Below are positions 13,391 through 24,293 of a DNA stretch of 64,000 nt, in pieces. Each line of letters begins with the position of its first letter. Position 1 is the first letter of the stretch. A program made the position numbers and the translations under genes. The stretch is taken from positions 56,730,001 to 56,794,000 of the forward strand of contig NC_043008.1 in the NCBI RefSeq assembly GCF_006345805.1, in the 5' to 3' direction. The notes beneath the pieces are model-generated. The model searched no databases. It was not told the origin of the DNA and saw only the letters and a list, made by a program, of their open reading frames with translations. This stretch comes from Octopus sinensis. Lineage: Eukaryota.

Positions 13391-13648
13391 TTGTGTGTGT
13401 GTACGTGAACATGTGTGTTCATGAGTATGTGCGTAACTGTTATTGTGGTTACTCGAGTTTCATGTCACACTGAGCATTAGGAAACCTCAGAATATGGAAC
13501 CCGAGTCATAATGGAAATATTCAGTTTAAACAATAACTACTGCAACATAATATATATTGATTGACTCTTCCGTCTTCATTAGACACAGATCCTGCCTGTC
13601 TATCTCTTTCTCTCTGTATATGAATATATATTTGTATGTATGCATATG

Positions 13649-13690
<42 letters not shown>

Positions 13691-13918
13691 ATATTATATA
13701 TATATATATCTATATATATATATACATATATATATAATATGCATATATACGTATATATATTGTATATGTATATATACTGTATATATATATATATATGCAT
13801 ATATACGTATATATATTGTATATGTATATATACTGTATATATATATATATATGTATGTATATATATATTCTGTATATATAGATATATATATACATATACA
13901 TTTTTATGTGTATACACG

Positions 13919-13967
<49 letters not shown>

Positions 13968-13969
13968 TA

Positions 13970-14001
<32 letters not shown>

Positions 14002-15385
14002 GTGTATGTATGTATGTATGTATGTATGCACACACATGTTTAGTGCTTAGCCATATATCTGTACTGATCCAGTTACAGTTTCTCAGCATGTCTCTTTCTT
14101 TCCTTCAAAACCCTAGCAACCCAATTTGTTGCTTACGCATTTGTAAGTATTCTTTATGTGCACCGAAAATTATTTTCACAAATACCAATTTATAATCAGG
14201 GTAGAGGATCTTCATGTTTCGAAACAGTTTTTTCCCTAATTTTCGAAGAGATATTTTCATCCCCATTGCAGTAAACCCTTCCGATTGTACATGACGTTCC
14301 CGTCCCCAATAACTACGTCAGTTATATTAGGTTAGACGCGAGAGAAAATAATATTTCTTCAAAATACCTTGTATTGAAATGTCTGCATGTATTCTTATAT
14401 GATAGATGTTGCTTATGTTTAACACAGTGTAGAGTTTCCACAGCCTGCTTTTGCAAGTTTATATCGCAGTTGAAAGTATACTACTAGATGGCATATATGG
14501 ACATCTGCTATTTACATTTGTCTTGTTCACCACAAAATAGTTGCTTAATCGGCATTTGTGTTTGCACCTGGAGATTTCTATTGCTGCGTTTGTTCGTGAG
14601 ATATTTCGCAGCCATCTCCTGTTCTGGAAGCGCAACAGCGCTGCCTTGAAGATTTGATGTGGCGTAGCGCACCAACTCTAAAAGAGAGACTAAACGTCGT
14701 GTTAAAATTTGTTATTCTTTCCCAGTTTACAGGAAATATGCCCAAAATATCCTTTCAGGAAAAAATGCAGTTTTTCAGTTCCATGCCTTTGCTGAGATAT
14801 GAGCTCGGCAATGCAGGGTTCGTACGTGAAGTCAATACAAAATGAATGATTTTGAGGAAGTTCAATGCCGAGCTGCAAACTATTGTTCTCTTCATGTTTG
14901 AGAATTTGGTAGATCTATTCATATTTCATACTGCAGTTTATCAAGTTTTGTTTGATCCATATCATATAACATTCCAAGGCTAACGTTACTGAATCTAATT
15001 TTCTTCTATTCTGGGATGGACTACAGCAGTATCATTGTTTCTGTGCACTTTTGAAACTGATATACGTTCACTTGTATATATAAGCCGTAATGTTTCATGA
15101 AACAATCCGACTCGTAAATTATGTCCCTAACACCTAACTAATAAATATTTATTAGTTAAGAATTTCACTTCGGATCAGCAGTACCGATACGGATTACTCT
15201 CTACAGTATAATGATATCACAAGACCATGAAACCAAATAAGCAATATGGATATCCAAAGTAATTACTCTACGCATTCAGGCGTTCGTTGTGCTTCATACG
15301 ATGTTGCTAAAACAGAAATGTTCCAGGAATGTTTCAAATGTATTCATATTCTTCATATATTCATATTATCTGTTATGTCACATTT

Positions 15386-15770
15386 GGAGGCGCAATGGCC
15401 CAGTGGTTAGGGCAGCGGACTCGCGGTCATAGGATCGCGGTTTCGATTCCCAGACCGGGCGTTGTGAGTGTTTATTGAGCGAAAACACTTAAAAGCTCCA
15501 CGAGGCTCCAGCAGGGGATGGTGGTGATCCCTGCTGTACTCGTTCACCACAACTTTCTCTCACTCTTACTTCCTGTTTCTGTTGTACTTGTATTTCAAGG
15601 GGCCGGCCTTGTCACTCTCTGTGTCACGCTGAATAGCCCCGAGAACTACGTTAAGGGTGCACGTGTCTGTGGAGTGCTCAGCCACTTACACGTTAATTTC
15701 ACGAGCAGGCTGTTCCGTTGATTCGGATCAACCGGAACTCTCATCGTCGTAACCGACGGAGTGCTTCCAC
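15386..15770 (+). mobile_element. tRNA-derived SINE family A, full length
   Basis: A box tggcccagtggttagg and B box gtttcgattccc. 11-bp TSD tatgtcacatt at 15374-84 and 15771-81. Confidence 0.92.
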
Positions 15771-16049
15771 TATGTCACATTATCGCTGTCTATCATATAC
15801 TTCTCAATCCCATTTGGAATTTGTTTCACATGTTGTCATTCGAAATAAAATACTACAAAATTAAATAAATTTTTGTCTAAGCGATGGATTCTCTTTCTTC
15901 AATTTTCCGGTTTCTTTTTAGTTAAAAACATACTTCAGATCCCTTGATGACTGAGCAACACACAATAAGGCTCTTTCGTCTTCAATTTTCTATATACTTT
16001 TGTTCTAGTTCAGCCATGTCGAATATTTACTTTACCTAGTTTTTAAAAC

Positions 16050-16520
16050 GACGGAAAGGGTGTTATTGTCTTTTCCCACTGCTTAATTCACTAAATAGTG
16101 GTTGACAAGGAAATCTCCTCATTCTAACCAATCTTCATAGCTAGTATATCATCATGTTTGATTCTATTCTTCGAAGCTTCTCTTCATTAACCAGTACACT
16201 GTTTAGATGGATTCTTGCAAATATGCTCCTTTCAATGGACAGTAATAATATTCCACGATAATTCCCACATGAGTTTCATTCATCTTTCTTAAAACCGATC
16301 ATAAAATTTACATTTTAAATTCTTTTTGAATTCGGAGATCTTCCCATAATCTTAGCATCAGAGTTTTGAGAGACACCATCTCCCTGCACATGTTTCAGTA
16401 TTTCAATAGGGTTATTGTCTGGTGCTCAAGATTTTCCTGTTTTCATTTTGCTCATAGTATTTTCAAACTCTTGAAATGATGGCTGTACATTCTTCCATGG
16501 CTAGAGATTTCTAAAGAAAT
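16050..16520 (-). mobile_element. Decayed RTE-type LINE RT fragment
   Basis: KMKTGKS*APDNNPIEILK and KKDE*NSCGNYRGILLLSI..IFARI on the minus strand. Confidence 0.65.
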
Positions 16521-17104
16521 CATGAAATCACTCGCTACTTTCGAATCCCGATACAGTAGTCATGAAAAATGTTCCTTCGAAACTATCGTGCAAATCCATG
16601 AAATAGCTAGAGTTGTCTGTAACTAGAAAATTACTCGCTAATGCTCGTTTGTCAGCCAAATAATGTTTCCGTTCCACCCAAAAATTTCTATGACCACGGA
16701 CATGTGCATGGTTCTGAAAGTATGAACATGCACATACACGCTCACACACATACACATACATATATATTCTTTTATTTGTTTCAGTCATTTGACTGCGGAC
16801 ATGTTGGAACACCGCCTTTAGCCCAACAAATCGACGCCAAGACTTATTTTTTGTAAGGCTCGTACTTATCATATCGGTTCCTTTTGCTGAATCGCTAAGT
16901 TACGGGGACGTAAGCACACCAGCATTGGTTGTCAAGCGATGGTGGGGGGACAAACACAGATACACAAACATGGCCCGAGATTTTATAGAAGAGACTGGCC
17001 CAAAGTTCCACGCAGTGGCACCAAACCCGAAACCATGTGGCTAGTAAGCAAGCTACTTACCTCACAACCATTTTTGCACCTATATATGTATGTATGTATG
17101 TATG

Positions 17105-17151
<47 letters not shown>

Positions 17152-17682
17152 CTGTGTGTGTGTGTGTATGTATGTATATATATATATATATATATATGTA
17201 GATATATATATGTATATATATATATAATAAAAAAAGAGTGAAAACACTACACACGGCTCGTGTTATAAGGTTAAAGAATATATTTAAGTCGTTGTTAGAA
17301 AAATGTTATAAAATTTTGTGTATAGTAACATAGTTTTTGGAGAAATAACCGGTTTCGTAATTTCTTTTCAAAGTTCTCAAATTTCTTTACCTACATCGTG
17401 TCATGTCTTCGCTAGGTAGATAGATGGAAAGGCAGATATATAGATAGATAGATACATACATACATACATACATACATACATACATACATACATACGTACA
17501 TACTAACACACACATACATACATACATACATACATACATACATTCATACATACATACATACATACATACATACATGCATACATGCATACATACATACATA
17601 CATACTAACACACATACATACATACATACATACATACATTCATACATGCATACATACATACATACATACATACATACATACA

Positions 17683-17715
<33 letters not shown>

Positions 17716-18057
17716 TATTCTCGATATCGGTAATAAGGTCTGGTTTGAAACAGTTTTACTATGTTTGATCTCTGTTGATAAAGAGATGATGGTGAAAGGT
17801 TCTGCATATTCCTAGCCTGAATAATTGAGCGGAATACACACCACTGCTCGTATTAGCCTATTACCACCTTTGCTTTTAGGCTATCGATTTAAATTCGATT
17901 AAAGAATTATTATTGAGCCCTCAGGTGTTAAGCACGTCTTATTACCGCTCGTTATTAAATTAGGCGCACGCAAACACACCTTACACATAGGTACACGCAC
18001 ACACGAACACACATATAACACACACGTACACACAGACGCACATTTGCACGCACGCAA

Positions 18058-18102
<45 letters not shown>

Positions 18103-18115
18103 ATACTATATTATC

Positions 18116-18149
<34 letters not shown>

Positions 18150-18377
18150 ATTATATATATATACATATATATATATGTATATTAATGTAGTATGTATATA
18201 GTATGTAGTAGTTATCTATCTATCTATCTATGTATCTATGTATCTATTTATGTATGTATGTATGTATGTATGTATGTATGTATGTATGTATGTATGTATG
18301 TATGTATGCATGTATGAATGCATGTATGTATGTATGTGCGCACAAACAGCATTTACTATAGAAAGAAATATATTTAC

Positions 18378-18520
18378 CTGTCTCTCTTTGTTCTCGTAGA
18401 CTACAGCTCTGCCTCCCCATCCATCACTTCCAATCCAGGAAAACATCCCCGTGGCATTTCTTCTCGCCACAGCCAGCATCAGTTCTCCAACTTCTTGATC
18501 GGATGCGAATATAATTACAC
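18378..18520 (-). CDS. Internal coding exon of a metabotropic glutamate receptor-family class C GPCR (Venus-flytrap domain)
   Basis: Minus strand reads tctttttcAG|GT GTA ATT ... AGA CAG|GTaaat. The exon is 143 nt, phase 1 to phase 0. It translates as (G)VIIFASDQEVGELMLAVARRNATGMFSWIGSDGWGGRAVVYENKERQ, containing the mGluR hallmark WIGSDGW. Confidence 0.95.
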
Positions 18521-18776
18521 CTGAAAAAGAATACAAATGGAAGTAAATAAATGTTCACTTTTGATGTACTTTTTCTTACATTTTTCTTGTTTAGCACCTG
18601 TACCAGATCTATCATCAAAACGTTCCCCATATGGCCATCTCATCTTATATTTAGACAATGTATAGAAGTTAGTATTTTCCAGTATGTCTCAACTTCTTGA
18701 AAATGGTTGGATGTTAAGTTCGTTATAAGGCAGGATATACTGACATAACTATTTTTCGTGGTGTATAGTTGGTACT

Positions 18777-19275
18777 GGTGGCGCAATGGCCCGGTGGTTA
18801 GGGCAGCGGACTCGCGGTCGTAGCATCGCGGTTCGATTCCCAGACCGGGCATTGTGAGTGTTTATGGAGCAAAAACACCTAAAGCTTCACGAGGCTCCGG
18901 TAGGGGGTGGTGGTGAACCCTGCTGTACTCTCTCCCCACAACTTTCTCTCACTCTTTCTTCCTGTTTCTGTTGTACCTGTTTTTCAAGGGGCCAGCCTCG
19001 TCACATTCTGTGTCACGCTGAATCTCCCCGAGAACTACGTTAAGGGTACACGTGTCTGTGGAGAGTTCTGCCACTTGCACGTTAAGCTGCGATGTCACTG
19101 GTGCCAAGCTGTATCGGCCTTTGCCTTTTCCTTGGATAACACTGGTGGCGGGGAGAGGGAGGCTTGTATGCGCGGGGAACTGCTGGTCTTCTATAAACAA
19201 CCTTGCCAGACTTGTGCCTCGGAGGGTAACTTTCTAGGTGCAACCCCATGGTGATTCATGAGAAAGGGGGTCACA
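18777..19275 (+). mobile_element. SINE family A head with a different, longer 3' tail
   Basis: Same head and body as 15386, but the tail diverges after cacgttaa. 12-bp TSD atagtt(g/a)gtact. Confidence 0.88.
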
Positions 19276-20392
19276 ATAGTTAGTACTACACCAGACAAAA
19301 TGCTCACCGGAATTTCATACAGCTTTACGACATGAATTCAAATGTCACCCAGGTCGACTTTGACTTTGATCCTTTAGGGGACGATAAGATAAGTACCAAT
19401 AAAGCACTGCAATCGATGAAACTGGTCAAGCACCCATTCAAAATGTTTTGCCTTGTTTCTGTAGCACTAAGGACCAAATGTTGAAACTATGACTAGAAGA
19501 CTTAACGTAATTGGTTCTATTAATTATGGAGGTGATAGCAAACATTTCTACTTTGAATGGATTACTAATTGAAAATAATTGATTGCACATTTGCTTGATG
19601 ATGTTTCAACCTAGATTGATTCTGGTCCCGAAGATAGATAATGAATAGCGTCCCAGTCATAACCAAATCACCATTTTTGTATAAATGCACAAGCACTACG
19701 TAATACTACATTATCTGATGTCATAAAGCCTATAGATTAAAAAAAGAGAATTTTATTTTATTTGCTTTATTTAGCAAGACATGTGAAGAACTATAGATTT
19801 CTTCATGGGCTCGAAATAAATATTTACTTTGCTTTGATAGTATGTGATTATTTCACAGTGCTATAGAAATGGTTCATGAAATTTCAAAAATCTTGTATTC
19901 TTAATATTATCGTAAATGACTAATGCATATTCTGCTGAAAGGATTCCTCACCCAGAAAACGAAAGTAGCGTAAAGAAACGAAGACAACAAAAAAGCAATT
20001 TAACGTTGTCAGTGTATTCTGATACTAATTGTCACAATTTCACAATCCTATTTTATTTTCAGTAATAACTATAATGTAGATATATTTTAGGAACCTAATA
20101 ACACTTGTATTTGACGAAAATTGTAGTGTATTACGTTAGAGGAAGAAAATCAATATGTCTGACGTCTTAGAAATAGAAATTGTAACGAAAAGAGAGTTTA
20201 AACAACTTTTGCAATATAAACTGATAAAGTCCTATCGCCCTAACTCTCATATTGCACGTTGAATATTGCAAGAAGGTATCTAAAAATTTTAAGTATTAAA
20301 TTTTAGTATAAAATTTGAAGTAGTTAACTGAAGCCATACACATACGTACATACATGTATACACACAGGATGTATGCGTAAATACATACACAG

Positions 20393-20425
<33 letters not shown>

Positions 20426-20624
20426 CACATATGATGTATGCATAAACGCATACATACATACACACATACATGCACACACATATATATATATATATACATA
20501 TATATATACACATATGATGTATGCATAAATGCATACATACATACACACACACACACGCACATCTATCTATCTATCATTCTATCTATCTATTATAATATAT
20601 ATATAATATATATATATATATTTA

Positions 20625-20815
20625 TTTATAGAAGGAGCTTCTACAAGACTAGAAGTGTTTCATTCAAAAGAAATCATCAGGAAGCCCTGATGATTTCTTT
20701 TGAATGAAACAGTTCTAGTCCTGTAGAAGCTCCTTCTATAAAATAAATTAATTTACTCTGCTATGTATTGAGTACCTTATTTACTGTGGTTAACCCCGAC
20801 TCAACCCGGGACCTA
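20625..20815 (+). mobile_element. Foldback (inverted-duplicated) element end with hammerhead-like core
   Basis: 57-bp arms at 20625-81 and 20686-742 with 2 mismatches and a 4-nt loop. The right arm reads CTGATGA tttcttttgaat GAAAC agttcta GTC. It is flanked by (TA)n. Confidence 0.65.
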
Positions 20816-20828
20816 CATATATATATAT

Positions 20829-21356
20829 GGGATGAACGGCCTATTATGGTCGTTCCTAAATTTTGCTGTTGAATTTATTAATAGTCTCTGACTATTTCCT
20901 TTTTTCCCACTAGGCCGCTGGTGGCAAATAATTTCTACTGAATTTTTTGCTACCCTATATTGATAAATTATGAATTTTCTGTTTAATTCCGAAATGGAAT
21001 CGGCAACGTATATTTGCTGCCGATAAATTTGGCGCGAGTACGATGATTTGAAAATTTTAGGTCAGATATTGCCAAGACAGTAGTTGGTGCTGCCTCGTGA
21101 AAATATCGGTCCCATTCTGGCTTACTTTACTGATGAATTTGTTGGCCTATGGAAGATTAGCTTGATTTAATTTAATCAGGCTGATTTACCATTAAAAAAC
21201 AAAAGAAACGATGCATTGTATAAAGTATTACAGGGTAAATGTTTTTTTAATTTTCTCCTGGTTTACGGAATTAATACCTTTTTTGCGGTTAAAGCCTTGG
21301 CTGCTATTTCTAGCGGGATGAACGGCCTATTATGGTCGTTCCTAAATTTTGCTGCT
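20829..21356 (+). mobile_element. ORF-less terminally redundant hammerhead element (486-bp monomer plus 40-bp repeat)
   Basis: An identical 40-mer, gggatgaacggcctattatggtcgttcctaaattttgctg, occurs at 20829-68 and 21315-54. There is an internal HHR and (TA)n on both sides. Confidence 0.8.
21123..21227 (+). ncRNA. Type I hammerhead ribozyme motif with long stem II
   Basis: Perfect 7-bp stem I tacttta/taaagta. Core CTGATGA at 21130-36. Extended stem II (tttgtt/aacaaa, atgg/ccat, then a 14-bp inner stem). GAAA at 21205-08. Near-palindromic stem III ACGATGCATTGT, then GTA. Confidence 0.85.
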
Positions 21357-21442
21357 ATATATATATTATATATATATACATATATATGTGTGTGTGTGTT
21401 TATATATATATGTATACACACACATATATATATATATTTATA

Positions 21443-21645
21443 TGAAACAATTGTAGTGGCGAATATAATTTTATTTAATTTATATTAAAAATTTTTTTTA
21501 TGTATTGGATTAAGTCTTTCTTTGTTTGATTTGCAAAATAGTGGTTTTGTCTCTAATTAATATTATATAATATTTTACTATAAAATTGGATTCAATCCTA
21601 AATCTGATTTTCCCTGTAAATTGGGATTTATTCCCTCATATTTAT
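21443..21645 (+). mobile_element. 5'-truncated copy of the 3305-3522 repeat family starting with a half hammerhead
   Basis: Begins GAAAC AATT GTA (palindrome ACAATTGT), then matches the reverse complement of 3305-3442, and ends in (TA)n. Confidence 0.65.
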
Positions 21646-21651
21646 TATATT

Positions 21652-21686
<35 letters not shown>

Positions 21687-22363
21687 AGTGCACTGCAAAA
21701 TATATGTCTATCTATCTATCTGTTATATATATATAATATATATATATATAAAGAGAGGAGAGAGAGAGAAGGAGAGAGAAAGAGAGAAGGAGAGAGAGAG
21801 TGAAATTAAAGATTATGCATCAACATAAATTGGGAAGTTTTTCAATTGCCATATGTCGTGAGTAACAAGTGAACCAGGCATGTGTTCTTACTAATCAATG
21901 TAGTTACATAATTCTCCATTTTATACTTTATTTTTAGGCGCATTGAAATTTAAGAATTATAAAGTTTGTCCACATAAAAAATAATGAAAGCATTTCAATC
22001 TTTAGAAAGTGGAAAATAATATTTAGAAATATGTATGCAAAATAGAAAAGTTTGTAACTTCAGGGAGATTTGGTCGCTGTTTTTAACAGATCGAGCGACT
22101 GTGTAAAGGCGTCCTCATCAGGTTATTGTACCAAGAAATTCTCTCCCTTTGACACAAGAGGTCCTTTTTCTCTCTAGACTCTTCAAGTGGCAAGTGAAGA
22201 CCTAAAAAATCGGCAAGATGGACGATTTGCTGTGGATGTTGTTTTTGAGTAGTAATGATATATCTCTTGCAAAGAAAATCAAATACAGAGAATTTAGATT
22301 CAGTTAAACGTTTTTAATTACGACATTAAAAGATTATAATCATTATTATTATTATTATTATTA

Positions 22364-22396
<33 letters not shown>

Positions 22397-22492
22397 TATT
22401 ATTATTATTATTATCGTTATTATTATTATTATATTATATTAATATTCGTTATTATTATTTTTTTATATTTTATTATATTATTATTATTATTA

Positions 22493-22523
<31 letters not shown>

Positions 22524-23140
22524 AATTGGATTCTTAAATTTATATTATGAAATTACGTTGGAGGCCTTCTCATTTTTATAGCTCCCTTTTAATTTTTACC
22601 GCTGGAATTTTATGAATTCTCTACCGCGTTACTTTTAAGATTAATTGCTTATCAACACTAATGACTTTTCGATTTCATTATGATCATACTTTCACGTAAT
22701 TAATTTACCTTATTTTACGATCCTCAATATAACCATCTTGCATTTGATTATATATTTTCCCTGCATCAGAAACCAATGGGAACATTTTCAGCGTCATTAT
22801 TTGCATTTACCAACTCAGTGAAAAACAATGTACGACCTGTGCTCGTCGCTTTAAGATTTCGAGCGCTGATTGAAACATGCATGATTGAGGAGCACTAATA
22901 ACACAGAAACCTGTATGTAATTGTTATCACAGGTGTCAAAATTCAGTCCATCACTGTTATCGTGCGTGCAATTAATTTTAGATTGATTGAAATTTTAGCA
23001 CAACTCTCTTAAGATTAGTTTTTCATTAACACCATGATAATGTTTTCCATTACGGTTATATTATCAAGGGATAAATATTGTTTTTCGTCTCTCCAGCTTA
23101 CGCTTGTTAGTTTGTAATGTACTGTAAATAAACACTTGGA

Positions 23141-23520
23141 AGCACTCCGTCGGTTACGACGATGAGGGTTCCGGTTGATCCGAATCAACGGAACAGCCTG
23201 CTCGTGAAATTAACGTGTAAGTGGCTGAGCACTCCACAGACACGTGTACCCTTAACGTAGTTCTCGGGGATACTCAGCGTGACACAGAGAGTGACAAGGC
23301 CGGCCCTCTGAAATACAGGTACAACAGAAACAGGAAGTAAGAGTGAGAGAAAGTTGTGGTGAAAGAGTACAGCAGGGATCACCACCATCATCTGCCGGTG
23401 CCTCGTAGAGCTTCAGGTGTTTTCGCTCAATAAACACTCACACGCCCGGTCTGAGAATCGAAACCGCGATCCTATGACCGCGAGTCCGCTGCCCTAACCA
23501 CTGGGCCATTGCGCCTCCAC
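23141..23520 (-). mobile_element. SINE family A
   Basis: Reverse complement of the 15386-15770 element. Confidence 0.9.
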
Positions 23521-23685
23521 CTATAAACACACGCTCATACTCGCACACGCATTCACCATCCATCCCATAACACATACACACAGACATGCACACGCATATG
23601 TATGCTTACTCAGCATTATTTCAGAGAAAGGCTTCGTGTTAGAATTTAGACTTCATCAAACGGATAGGTAGATGTGTATGTATGT

Positions 23686-23725
<40 letters not shown>

Positions 23726-23889
23726 GCCCATTTTCAATATTTTTTTTCGGAATATCGTATGTATATATATATATAATATATAATTATATATGCATAAATG
23801 TATATATTTATACATGTATATACATATATTTATATATGTATATATATGTATTTATTATTTATTATTATATAAATATATATATATATATC

Positions 23890-24183
23890 TTCGTGACCGA
23901 CCAGACCATCAGATGTTGTTACACATCGCTGGTCACAATGCGTTCGCATTGTTTTAGCCTTCGAATGACGCCACCCCGCTGGCTAGGCGAGCAGGCCAAC
24001 AGAAGAAAGAGTGGGAGAAAGAGTGGTGAAAGAGTACAGCAGGGATCACCACCCGCTGCCGGAGCCTCGTGGAGCTCTTAGGTGTTTTCGCTCAATAAAC
24101 ACTCACAACGCCCGGTCTGGGAATCGAAACCGCGATCCTGCGACCCGCGATCCGCTGCCCTAACCACTAGGACATTGCGCCTC

Positions 24184-24185
<2 letters not shown>
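23890..24185 (-). mobile_element. SINE family A head with a third type of tail
   Basis: Family A head and body at about 24020-24185, joined to an unrelated tail (gtgaccgaccagaccatcagatg...). Confidence 0.8.
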
Positions 24186-24233
<48 letters not shown>

Positions 24234-24235
24234 TA

Positions 24236-24293
<58 letters not shown>

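Noticed and set aside
14090-14900. Coding-like stretch on the minus strand (YKLVFVKIIFGAHKEYLQMRKQQIGLLGF; AKAGCGNSTL resembling a P-loop)
   Set aside because: There are many stops and I cannot assign a family. It may be an old transposon relic.
17335-17385. Minus-strand agaaat TTGAGA ... GAAAC cg GTT atttct, with an ACCGGT palindrome and a 6-bp stem I
   Set aside because: The core is not CUGANGA and stem II is poor. At best it is a badly decayed hammerhead.
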